Source: Candidatus Undinarchaeota archaeon (GTDB lineage: Archaea; SpSt-1190; JASMDC01). Taken from it: a stretch of DNA of 64,000 bases. Both the position numbers and the translations under genes were made by a program. This document shows, piece after piece, positions 1 through 8,852 of this stretch (its first letter is position 1; every line of letters starts with the position of its first letter). Location: contig CAZFHY010000001.1 in NCBI GenBank assembly GCA_964519305.1, positions 122,032 through 186,031 of the forward strand, in the 5' to 3' direction. The notes under the pieces are model-generated. The model saw only the letters and a program-made list of their open reading frames with translations, searched no databases and had not been told where the DNA came from.

Positions 1-2
1 AG

Positions 3-1037
3 AGGTCGGGCCGTGAGCACGCTCTCGCCCCTTACTCGGGAGATGGGCTGGGTATCCATCACGGTCACCCTGATTGGAAGTGTCACGTTGTAGAACGCTT
101 TCCAGACCCTGAAGCACTGTGCCCCGAAGGAGGTCACCTCCTTGACGACACGGTCGGTGTTACCGCGCTGGTCCAGGAGCCTCACGATGAGGTCCTTATC
201 TTCATAATCGAGGGACCACTGGATGTTGCTCTCCTGGAGCTCGGATTCACGTACAAGGGAGAGCTCCTCGGACACGGTTAGTACCATGTTCTCCTGAAGA
301 TGGAGCCTTATCTCGTCCACGGTGACGGTCTCCTCCTGACACCCGAACTCAGGCGGGCTGTTCGGAGAGAATATACGCGGATCCTCGATGATTAGATGGC
401 CAAGGGACTTCTCAAGCCGGCGACCGTTCTTATGTATGGTCACATACTCCTCTGCCAACCGACGAAGGAGGAGCAGGCGGACGGGGAGGTCAGCTGTGAC
501 TTCCATCCGAGCGGTGCGCTCTTGCGCATCAGTTACATCGATCGAGACAGTGGTAGTGATACGGTTCTCGTCAGCATAGCTGACGTCGACCTCGGGAGGA
601 CCAAATGTCAGGTCGGCGATATCCTTGTCCAGTATCTTGATCGCCTCTCCGAACCGGGCCCAAGTCTCCCTCTTCAGAGCGTTGGTTACCTGTTCAATAG
701 AGGGGATCGTGGACACGTTGCCTCGGACGAACCAGTAGGGCGTAGGTCCATGACGCAGGAACGGGAGGTGTTCCCGGCGATATCCCCCATGTAGCGCGAG
801 CTCCTCGCACGCCCCGAACGTAGCGTCCTCCAAGGCCTTGGTGAGCACGACATCGAGCTTAACCGCTTCCCCCGCATCGGTCTCGGCTTCAAGCTCATGC
901 TGCCGGACATCCGTCTCGGCGCTGCTACGTGAGTACTGGAGGTACATGACCATGGCGACCATGAGAGCGAACGCCATCATGCCCATGAGAGCTATCTGTC
1001 CCCGGCGACCCACCACGACACCGAGCCATCGCAGCAT
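3..1037 (-). CDS. Secreted/membrane protein with class III (type IV prepilin-like) signal peptide, partial (runs off left edge)
   Basis: Not in the ORF track. My translation from ATG 1037 reads MLRWLGVVVGRRGQIALMGMMAFALMVAMVMYLQY...ELALHGGY...TPYWF, and I saw no stop before the window edge. RRG|Q followed by a hydrophobic stretch matches the archaeal class III signal peptide pattern. Confidence 0.75.
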   Translation of the reverse strand, partial: MLRWLGVVVGRRGQIALMGMMAFALMVAMVMYLQYSRSSAETDVRQHELEAETDAGEAVKLDVVLTKALEDATFGACEELALHGGYRREHLPFLRHGPTPYWFVRGNVSTIPSIEQVTNALKRETWARFGEAIKILDKDIADLTFGPPEVDVSYADENRITTTVSIDVTDAQERTARMEVTADLPVRLLLLRRLAEEYVTIHKNGRRLEKSLGHLIIEDPRIFSPNSPPEFGCQEETVTVDEIRLHLQENMVLTVSEELSLVRESELQESNIQWSLDYEDKDLIVRLLDQRGNTDRVVKEVTSFGAQCFRVWKAFYNVTLPIRVTVMDTQPISRVRGESVLTARP

Positions 1038-1091
1038 TATATGTTTTTAGGATGATGAAAATATAATACTTGAGCGGCCTATTGCTGAACG

Positions 1092-4000
1092 GTGGAAGCG
1101 AGAGCTGTCGTGATGGCCCTGTGCCTTGCGCTCGTGACGGTGTCCGCACTGGACGTAGCGCCCTCTTGCACCGGCGCGTTCACAGATTCCGGGCCTCTTG
1201 ATAAGGGTGCGGCTTCGACAACAGTAGGCGCTCTTGCGGCCTACGCTCACCAGAAGTGCGCCCAACGTGCCATCGAAGGATGCTGTTACTTCGTCGTCGG
1301 CTCGGTACCAGACGGATTCGACCACTGCGCCGTCGCCTCCAACGGTTACATCTGCGACACGGACGGCGATCCCTGCTATCACGTGAACCAAGTAGTTGAT
1401 GGCGGACATCCAAAGTGCTGCCAGGACCTTACGTCCCAGACCGCTCATGGTTCGTTCGTGGCATTCTCCCTCGAGAGTGTGGCCCCGTTCTCCTCAGTAT
1501 CTCTCCGCCTCACGGCGACCTGTTCCCCCGGGACGTCCACGGTGTGCGAAGCGGGACCCTCTGTCGCTCTGGCGACGTGCACATCATCATCATGCGATGA
1601 CAGCTCAATGGATGATTGTTCCCCGCGTCCCGCCGTCACTTTCACCGCGTCCGGGGAAATCCTCACCGCTGACATTTCGGCCGATGTGCTCGATACTCTG
1701 GCCGCAGGGAGCACCTCTTTAGGGCTCAGGCTCACTGCACCAGCAACGACCCATACCTTCTCCTGGCCGACCGATACGCTCTGCACAGAGGTCTACTATG
1801 AGGATAAGGGACGGTGCGATGTCGTTGATGGGACGAAGCACACTGGCGTGCAGCTCATTGGAGACGGTGCACCAGCGCTCATCATCGACCGTTCCTGTAC
1901 GAACGGGAGGGATTGTGGCCCCGGAGATACCTGGGAATGCATCCTCTCGCAGGGGATCACCGGCCAGTGCGGCGAGTGCTCGGACAATCCCGGAGCACCA
2001 TGCACGACCCGGGAGGGAGCCAACGGTTTCTGCTGTGGTTCGGTCTGCGCACCCGTCCCGTTCATCTGGGCCGATGCCAGCGGGGACGGTCGCCCGCCGG
2101 GTGAGGTGTGCGGGTCCAGTACGTGCTCAGGCACCATCGACTGCAGTAATGCGGCATGGGTCTGCTCCTCGACAGGGAACACATGTTGTAAGGAGGACGC
2201 TGTGCGCTCGTGCTCGACCGCCGGGGTGTGCGATGCCGAGGTCACGACGGAGTGCGCTCCCTATCTATGCACGAACGGCTCGTGCGCCACCACATGCGTG
2301 GACGATGACGGGTGCGCGAACGGGTACGCCTGTATCGAGGGGGCCTGCCGCCAGCGGTGCTCGTCCACGCTAACCTGCGCAGGTAATCCCTGCGTGGATA
2401 CTAACAGTGACGCTAAGCTTGATGCCTGTATGCCCTGCGCTTCGGGAGGGCAGCGATGCGGGCTTCCCGATGGGGGATCAGGTTTCTGTTGTGGTGGTTC
2501 CTGTAAAGTGCCTCCGTTCAACGTCGACAAGAGCGTCGGTGTGCTCTCAGCCGATGTCGGGTGCGGGACCGGCCAGTGCGCAGGAAAGGCCCTCTGCACC
2601 GAGGACTGGCTCTGTGATACCAAGGGCACGGGCTGCTGTACCGACGACCGCCAGGGCGCGTGTACCTCCGCGGGTTCCTGTGAGACGAAAACGGACTGCA
2701 ATCCCTTCAGGTGTGACGGGAACTCATGCGCTACAAGCTGTACAGACTACAAGGGATGCACGACAGGGTGCTGTGCCGGAAAAGTATGCGTGGCCTTCGG
2801 TTCCGTGAGCGAGGGCGACCCATGCCTTGAGGGATGTCAGTGCGCCACAGGTCTGTGCGACAAGGGCGTTTGCCGCACAGCGCCCACCTGCATCAGGGCC
2901 GACGAGTGCGAGAGCGGACTGTGCGTGGAGGGGGTGTGCCGTGATACCTGTGGACCGGACGGTGCTACCTGTCGTACCTTGTCCGGTGTGGGTAACTGCT
3001 GCGCAGGCTCATGCCTGGCCGCACCTACCGGTCTCTCCCCGGACGGGGCGTGTGGGGCAGGCAACTGCACGGGCACGGTCATCTGCCGAGGAACGTGGAT
3101 ATGCTCATCGAACAGTACCGCCTGCTGCTCCACAAGCGATGCTGGTTCCTCGGCTGCTGGGTCATGCTCGTCCCTGGGCGAGTGCCTGCCGTCCGAGGTT
3201 TGCCTTCCCGGATGCGATGGTGTCCTCTTCCTGGTCCGTGGATGCTCTGCAGGAGCATGTACACCGGTAAAGCAGGAGGTCTGTACGGGACGCTGTACGT
3301 CCGAAGGGTGCGTAGGATGCCTAGAGACGACCGACTGCCCTCCCACTGAATGCGAGGGTACCGTACTAGTAACACGCTCGTGCGTGGACACTACCTGCAT
3401 CGAGGAGGAAGCGGACTGCGGGGCGGACGGGCTCGTATGCACGCCCGACGGTTGTACTGGCTGCAAGGGGGATACGGCGTGCACCGAACTCTATGGTGAA
3501 GGATACGCATGCCATCTACCTAGCGGTACATGTCGCCTTGCCGTCTGCAGGTCCGATGACGAATGCCCCGGCACCTGCGCTAATAATACCTTCGTCCCGG
3601 GACAATGCCATGACCTGGTATGTGTCCAAGGTGAGCCCGTACCTTGTACCCTGGGCGAGGTCTGCTCGCTCCAGGGATGTACTGCATGCACCCATCGCGT
3701 GAACTGCAGCATAGCGTACGGCCTCGGGCGCTCATGTGTCGCAGGCAGGTGCGTGGACCTCTGCGGGGACGGTACTTGTGATGCCGAGGAGAACTGTCGT
3801 CTCTGTCCCCCGGATTGTGGATGTCCCACCGAGATCATGTGCGATCCCCTTGCCACGCAGGGTGATACGGCCGGGTGCGTTGGGGATGAGGACGATGATG
3901 GGATCATCGACTCGCGGGACCCCCGTCCCCGCGACGGGGACAACATATGCGCACGTAACCAGGACTGCCAGCCGGCCTGCTACACCAACGTACTCTACCA

Positions 4001-5390
4001 GTTCCGGTGCGTGAACGGGGGCTGCACGATCCTTGAGAAAACACCCTGTAGTGACGAGCATCTTGTGTGCGATCCTGTCGTTGGGACGTGCGGACGATGT
4101 TCTGATGACGGTCCATGCCGCACCCTCATAGGCCCCCATGGACAGTGCTTCAAAGGCACCTGCCTTCCTGATTCGGACGAGGATGGTGTGCCAGATACCA
4201 TCGATCCCTGCCGCCTCGATCCCACCAACACCTGCACGATCCGGTGCGGGGACGAACTGTGTGACGATGGTGAGGACTGCGTCACCTGTCCCCAGGACTG
4301 TGGATGCGATGACGGCAACCACTGCACTAAGGACGTGTGCGATCCGGACGCCCGCATTTGCGCCAATACACCCCTTCCCTGTGGTAGCGGGTGCGGTGGG
4401 GGTAATGTGTGCGACGGACGCGGCGGGTGCGGTGAACCGGGTGGCGAAGCCGCCTCATGCGGCTGCACGGAAGTCTGTCGACGTGGCCTCATGTGCCTCC
4501 AAGGATCATGTATTGTAGCGACATGCGGTGACGGTAAATGCGAGAACGAATGTGGCGTCTGCCCAGAGGACTGCCCACCGTCAACGTGTGCCGGGGACGG
4601 GACGTGCGATCCTACGACCGGCGAGGACTGTCTCACATCAGCCGACTGCGCCTGCACGACAGGGGACCTGTGCGATCCGAGATCCCCTCTCGCTGACGTC
4701 AACGGATGTGTTGGCGGATGCGGGGACGGGCGGTGCCATCCCGATGAGTGCGCCTTCTGCGCAAAGGACTGCTCCGTGTCCGACTGCAGCGGGAATGGTG
4801 TCTGTGACACGGCCATCGGTGAGAGCTGTACCACCAGCAACGAGGACTGCGTGTGCCATGCCGACGTGAACGTGACGTCCGAGGTCGAGTCCGAAGCAGG
4901 TACGTGGACATCCATACCCATTCAGGTCCATAACGACGGGACGCTCGCGGACCGCTTCGTCATCATGGTCAGCACGTCGCTCGATAGCAAATGGGAGCGC
5001 GTGGAGACCTCTGAGATGGAACCGAACGCCACCCAGTTCCTCACGCTCGAGGTACAGGTCCCGGAGAAGGCAGGTCGTCATCCCGTCCGGATCCGTATCA
5101 CGCCCAAGAGCGACCCATCAAGTGAGGTCGAGCGCACGGTGATGGTCGAATCGGCGGTCAAGGGATGGCTCGAACGGACCCTGGAGGGCACGATCCTTGG
5201 CTGGGTCCTGGACATAAAGGACCTCCTTGAACTTGTGTTCATCATCGTGTCGCTGGCCGGAGCAGTCGTACTTGCCTTCCGCAAGCGCGGTCAGCTGGCG
5301 CGTTCGGCCCAGACTGGTGCCCCGGCGGTCTACAACCAGCCACAGTCCATGTACAACAATATGCGGTACTATGGACCGTACTACCGGTGA
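1092..5390 (+). CDS. Giant Cys-rich cell-surface protein (CGDG-type repeats, thrombospondin type-3-like Ca-binding motifs, C-terminal Ig-like domain, TM anchor, Tyr-rich tail)
   Basis: 1432-aa ORF with a signal peptide. Repeats such as CGDGTCDAEENCRLCPPDCGC, plus DEDDDGIIDSRDP and DSDEDGVPDTIDPC. TM LVFIIVSLAGAVVLAF is followed by RKR and a Y/N/Q tail. Confidence 0.85.
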   Translation: MEARAVVMALCLALVTVSALDVAPSCTGAFTDSGPLDKGAASTTVGALAAYAHQKCAQRAIEGCCYFVVGSVPDGFDHCAVASNGYICDTDGDPCYHVNQVVDGGHPKCCQDLTSQTAHGSFVAFSLESVAPFSSVSLRLTATCSPGTSTVCEAGPSVALATCTSSSCDDSSMDDCSPRPAVTFTASGEILTADISADVLDTLAAGSTSLGLRLTAPATTHTFSWPTDTLCTEVYYEDKGRCDVVDGTKHTGVQLIGDGAPALIIDRSCTNGRDCGPGDTWECILSQGITGQCGECSDNPGAPCTTREGANGFCCGSVCAPVPFIWADASGDGRPPGEVCGSSTCSGTIDCSNAAWVCSSTGNTCCKEDAVRSCSTAGVCDAEVTTECAPYLCTNGSCATTCVDDDGCANGYACIEGACRQRCSSTLTCAGNPCVDTNSDAKLDACMPCASGGQRCGLPDGGSGFCCGGSCKVPPFNVDKSVGVLSADVGCGTGQCAGKALCTEDWLCDTKGTGCCTDDRQGACTSAGSCETKTDCNPFRCDGNSCATSCTDYKGCTTGCCAGKVCVAFGSVSEGDPCLEGCQCATGLCDKGVCRTAPTCIRADECESGLCVEGVCRDTCGPDGATCRTLSGVGNCCAGSCLAAPTGLSPDGACGAGNCTGTVICRGTWICSSNSTACCSTSDAGSSAAGSCSSLGECLPSEVCLPGCDGVLFLVRGCSAGACTPVKQEVCTGRCTSEGCVGCLETTDCPPTECEGTVLVTRSCVDTTCIEEEADCGADGLVCTPDGCTGCKGDTACTELYGEGYACHLPSGTCRLAVCRSDDECPGTCANNTFVPGQCHDLVCVQGEPVPCTLGEVCSLQGCTACTHRVNCSIAYGLGRSCVAGRCVDLCGDGTCDAEENCRLCPPDCGCPTEIMCDPLATQGDTAGCVGDEDDDGIIDSRDPRPRDGDNICARNQDCQPACYTNVLYQFRCVNGGCTILEKTPCSDEHLVCDPVVGTCGRCSDDGPCRTLIGPHGQCFKGTCLPDSDEDGVPDTIDPCRLDPTNTCTIRCGDELCDDGEDCVTCPQDCGCDDGNHCTKDVCDPDARICANTPLPCGSGCGGGNVCDGRGGCGEPGGEAASCGCTEVCRRGLMCLQGSCIVATCGDGKCENECGVCPEDCPPSTCAGDGTCDPTTGEDCLTSADCACTTGDLCDPRSPLADVNGCVGGCGDGRCHPDECAFCAKDCSVSDCSGNGVCDTAIGESCTTSNEDCVCHADVNVTSEVESEAGTWTSIPIQVHNDGTLADRFVIMVSTSLDSKWERVETSEMEPNATQFLTLEVQVPEKAGRHPVRIRITPKSDPSSEVERTVMVESAVKGWLERTLEGTILGWVLDIKDLLELVFIIVSLAGAVVLAFRKRGQLARSAQTGAPAVYNQPQSMYNNMRYYGPYYR

Positions 5391-5400
5391 TGGAGCGGTT

Positions 5401-6120
5401 TCAGGCCTGGCCTTCCCAGCCACCCTGACCTGCGGCCGGGTAATGGTTCCGGTAGTAGTAGTAGGATAGTCCCTCGTACCCGCCATCGTAGTATGTCGTC
5501 ACGGGCACTGGGGCTTGCTGTTGTTCGGTGGATCCCCCCGTGCGGACCACGGACAGCGCCGCCAGTACGAGAGCCAGGGCGACCAGTCCTGCGAACACCA
5601 TGGTCCGACGGTCCGTGTAACCCTTCGAGCGGACCACGAGCGGTTGCTGTGGTTTCGTGGCGACCGGTGTCGCGGCGGGCGAGTCCTCCACCAGATCGAG
5701 GGGGACGCACTCAGAGTCGGGGCAGACGGACGTGACCTTGATCGTCCCCGTGGTCTTCACCGCAACGGACGTGTCCTTGATGGCAGCAGTGATCGTGTAC
5801 TCGAGCGGGCCGCTCTTGTCCTTGGGCACACGGAACGGGAGCTTGAGCACCTCGGTGGTGCGCATACCAAGGTTGTAGTGCTTTGCGTCCTTGAATAGCG
5901 CGGCGCCCTGCCCCTGGAGATCCAGCTCCAATAAGGCCGAGCTTGTGAGGTAGTTGGTAATCACGACGTTGACAACGCCCCTCCCACCAGCACATGTCGG
6001 GACGGATTCGTCCACGAGCTCCACACCGATCGTCTTTAGACCGAGGCCCGAGGGTACGCAGAGCAGTGCAAGGACGAGTGCGATCGTGCACTGACCGGTG
6101 ACGGACCTGCGGATGGCCAC
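5401..6120 (-). CDS. Small surface protein: signal peptide, one Ig-like domain, TM anchor, Tyr/Gly-rich tail
   Basis: Start placed at GTG 6120, just downstream of a TTTTAAAA TATA-like box at about 6142-6151. Hydrophobic N-terminus, a beta-rich domain, TM MVFAGLVALALVLAALSVV and tail YYDGGYEGLSYYYYRNHYP. Confidence 0.7.
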   Translation of the reverse strand: MAIRRSVTGQCTIALVLALLCVPSGLGLKTIGVELVDESVPTCAGGRGVVNVVITNYLTSSALLELDLQGQGAALFKDAKHYNLGMRTTEVLKLPFRVPKDKSGPLEYTITAAIKDTSVAVKTTGTIKVTSVCPDSECVPLDLVEDSPAATPVATKPQQPLVVRSKGYTDRRTMVFAGLVALALVLAALSVVRTGGSTEQQQAPVPVTTYYDGGYEGLSYYYYRNHYPAAGQGGWEGQA

Positions 6121-6171
6121 GATGCCTTGATACCGGTGGGATTTTAAAAAAGTATCCGCGGGGCCGAGCAA

Positions 6172-7002
6172 TCACTCATCGGCACGGTGGACCATGAACA
6201 CTTCAGGTCCTCCGTTGAAGAGATAGGGTGCGGGATGGACATAGAACTGGACCTCGGCCACTGTTGCCGGCCCGAAGCCCTCGACGTACCGCTCCACAGC
6301 GCCGATAGCAGAGCCATTGAACCGGAAGTCGTCCACGACAAGGACGTTCCGGCCGGCGAACCGCTTGATGTGCTCATCCGCCTGGGGCGGGGCAATGACC
6401 TCACGGTCCATGCGGGTCTGTGACGAGTAGCGCACGGCCTCCACATCGAAACCGGAGTATCCCATGGCCTCGAGCTCCTCGCACACGATACCGGCTGGTT
6501 CCACGCCTCCTGACTCCACTGCCAGCACCAAAAGGTCGTCGGTATATGATGGGTCCCGAGCGACCTCGCGCTCGATGTGCGCGCGGACCTTCTGGCGGAA
6601 GGCATCCTCCCATCTGTCCCGGAAAGGCAGGTCGTCCAGTGTCCGTCGGGTCACGGGCACGTCGCTCACGGCCGCGGTTAGCTCGTCCTTATGTCCGTCG
6701 AGCGTGTTCTGTAGTGAATCCAGGTAGGTCGAATCGCCCGTATGAGCGTAAGCAACGGCGTCCTGGGCAGCATCGAGTGTCAGATGGATACGCTCGTAGG
6801 CGTTCTCCACCTCCTCAGGAGCGGCCATCATACCGTGGTAGTGCTGGGCATAAGCATCGAAGACCACCTGGTTGAGGTACATGGCCAGTTGTCTGACCTC
6901 GGTCCGGTTCCCGGGATTGTGTTCGAGCTCATTGTAGAGGCGATCAACGACCTGAGCTCCATCCGTCACGCCATAAAGCGGTTCCGGTCGGTCCTCGAGC
7001 AC
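6172..7002 (-). CDS. Type I phosphoribosyltransferase-like domain protein
   Basis: LAVESGG and VLVVDDFRFNGSA resemble PRTase/PRPP-binding motifs. There is a helical N-terminal extension. Confidence 0.6.
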   Translation of the reverse strand: MLEDRPEPLYGVTDGAQVVDRLYNELEHNPGNRTEVRQLAMYLNQVVFDAYAQHYHGMMAAPEEVENAYERIHLTLDAAQDAVAYAHTGDSTYLDSLQNTLDGHKDELTAAVSDVPVTRRTLDDLPFRDRWEDAFRQKVRAHIEREVARDPSYTDDLLVLAVESGGVEPAGIVCEELEAMGYSGFDVEAVRYSSQTRMDREVIAPPQADEHIKRFAGRNVLVVDDFRFNGSAIGAVERYVEGFGPATVAEVQFYVHPAPYLFNGGPEVFMVHRADE

Positions 7003-7053
7003 AGGAGGGCGGGCACGGCAGGGGGTACTTATAGTTTTCCCGGAGGTAGGCCG

Positions 7054-8091
7054 CTAGCGGGTGACGGTCACCTTGGATAGACCCCGGGGATTGTCCGGGT
7101 CCAATCCTCTACGTAATGCGAGGTGACAGGCGGCCACCTGTGCAGGTACCACGAGAGGGATGGGTGAGAGGCACTCGGGGATGCCATCGAGCGGGAGTCC
7201 GACTGCGGCCGTGGCCCGGTCGAGGAGAGGAGAGCCTTTCGAACCCACCACTACCGCGGGTCCCGCTGCTGACAGACGCTCGATGATAGGTCCCATGGAA
7301 GGTGCGGTAGCATCCTCGGGCGCGAAGATAAGCGCCGGCGCCTTCCCGGCCACGGCAACGGGGCCATGGAGGTACTCCGCTCCGGACCATGCCTCCCCGG
7401 GCAATAGTGCGGTCTCCTTGAGCTTCAGCGCGGCCTCCAGGGCGGTGGAGTAGTTATAACCCCGCCCAAGCACAGAAAGCCCGTCATGGTCGATGATCGG
7501 GGCCAGCCCGGCATACTCCTGTTCATCTTCGAGCGTTCGTTCCAACACCCGGGGCACATCACGAAGCCCATCAAGCACTTCGTCCTGTCGTGCCATGGTG
7601 GCCACGAGCAAGGCCAGGGCGGCCAGCTGCGATGTGTAGGTCTTTGTAGCGGGAATGGCACGTTCCTTTCCAGCCTGAGTGAGGAGCACGTGGTCGGCCA
7701 CATCGGCGAGGGGCGAGTCGGGGACGTTGGTAACAGCGACCGTTACGGCACCCCCCTCCTTCGCCGCGGTCAGCACTTCTCCAACGTCGGCTGCGGCCCC
7801 GGATTGGGAGATGCCTACGGCCAGAGCACCCTCCAAAGGGAGTCGGGCTCGGTAGAGCGTGAGCACCGATGGGGCCGAGAGCGAGACGGGTACACGCCAC
7901 AGCACCTCGAACAGGTACTTTGCATAATGGGACGCGTTATGTGACGTCCCGCGCGCGGCCACGAGCACCAGGGGCGGTCGCTTTGGGAACGCCGCGGCCA
8001 CCTCGGCGACAGGTCCTCTGAGCGCTTCGACGGTCCGCGACACAGTGCTGGGCTGCTCGCGCACCTCGGTAAGCATCACCGCTTCGGCCAT
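7054..8091 (-). CDS. Double-SIS-domain sugar-phosphate isomerase/deaminase (GlmS C-terminal-like)
   Basis: Motifs EQP, ARGTS, ISQSG, ATKTY, ALKLKE, HGP and C-terminal PRGLSKVT. No glutaminase domain. Confidence 0.88.
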   Translation of the reverse strand: MAEAVMLTEVREQPSTVSRTVEALRGPVAEVAAAFPKRPPLVLVAARGTSHNASHYAKYLFEVLWRVPVSLSAPSVLTLYRARLPLEGALAVGISQSGAAADVGEVLTAAKEGGAVTVAVTNVPDSPLADVADHVLLTQAGKERAIPATKTYTSQLAALALLVATMARQDEVLDGLRDVPRVLERTLEDEQEYAGLAPIIDHDGLSVLGRGYNYSTALEAALKLKETALLPGEAWSGAEYLHGPVAVAGKAPALIFAPEDATAPSMGPIIERLSAAGPAVVVGSKGSPLLDRATAAVGLPLDGIPECLSPIPLVVPAQVAACHLALRRGLDPDNPRGLSKVTVTR

Positions 8092-8092
8092 C

Positions 8093-8803
8093 TCACACCA
8101 GCCTGAAGTACACCCGTCGGTTGCCCTTGCCCTTGTTCTCGCACTTCATTACCTCAAGGGTACCTATCTCCGATGTGTTCTGGACATGGGTCCCACCGTC
8201 CGCCTGGACGTCGAAGTCCTCGATCTCTACGATGCGCAGGACCTTGAGACCCTCGGGGAGACCTTTGGCCAGCTTCGTGAGCCCACGTTGCTCCACTTCC
8301 TCCCTAGAGAGGTAGTACACCTTCACAGGTCGGCCTTCGCGGATGAGCGCGTTGGCCTTGTCAACACAGGTCTGGATGAGCTCCCGATCGAAATCCTTGA
8401 TATTGAAGTCGAATCGTGAGCGGTCGCAGTTGAGCTGGTTCCCCGTGATGAGCGCCCCACAGTCCTTATGGAACACCGTGGAGAGCACATGGGCGGCCGT
8501 ATGATAGCACATGAGCGTATGGCGGCGGTCCCAGTCAACGATGCAGTGAACAGCATCGCCCTCCTTGAGCGCTCCCTCGGGCTCGACCTGATGGGACACC
8601 TTCCCACCGAACTTTCCGACGTAGATTATCCGCACTTCACGACCGTCCTCGGTCACCATCCGCCCGGTGTCATGTGGCTGACCTCCGCCCGTGGGGTAGA
8701 ACGCGGTCCGGTCCAGCACCACGAACTTACCATCTGTGACACTGGCAACGGTAGCATCGAACTCCTTGAGATAGGCGTCGTCAAGGTAGAGCGCGTCTTT
8801 CAT
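8093..8803 (-). CDS. alaXM: Alanyl-tRNA editing protein AlaX-M
   Basis: Starts MKDALYLDDAY (ATG 8803). Contains FYPTGGGQPHDTG, HTAAH, QADGGTHV and NKGKGNRRVY. Confidence 0.92.
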   Translation of the reverse strand: MKDALYLDDAYLKEFDATVASVTDGKFVVLDRTAFYPTGGGQPHDTGRMVTEDGREVRIIYVGKFGGKVSHQVEPEGALKEGDAVHCIVDWDRRHTLMCYHTAAHVLSTVFHKDCGALITGNQLNCDRSRFDFNIKDFDRELIQTCVDKANALIREGRPVKVYYLSREEVEQRGLTKLAKGLPEGLKVLRIVEIEDFDVQADGGTHVQNTSEIGTLEVMKCENKGKGNRRVYFRLV

Positions 8804-8852
8804 GGATTGACCGGGCCCGTAAATGCTTATTAATCCTCTTGTGATGTCGCGG

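Noticed and set aside
8170-8215. AlaX zinc motif reads ADGGTH instead of CGGTH
   Set aside because: To my knowledge the Asp variant is common among AlaX-M proteins, so it is not evidence of novelty.
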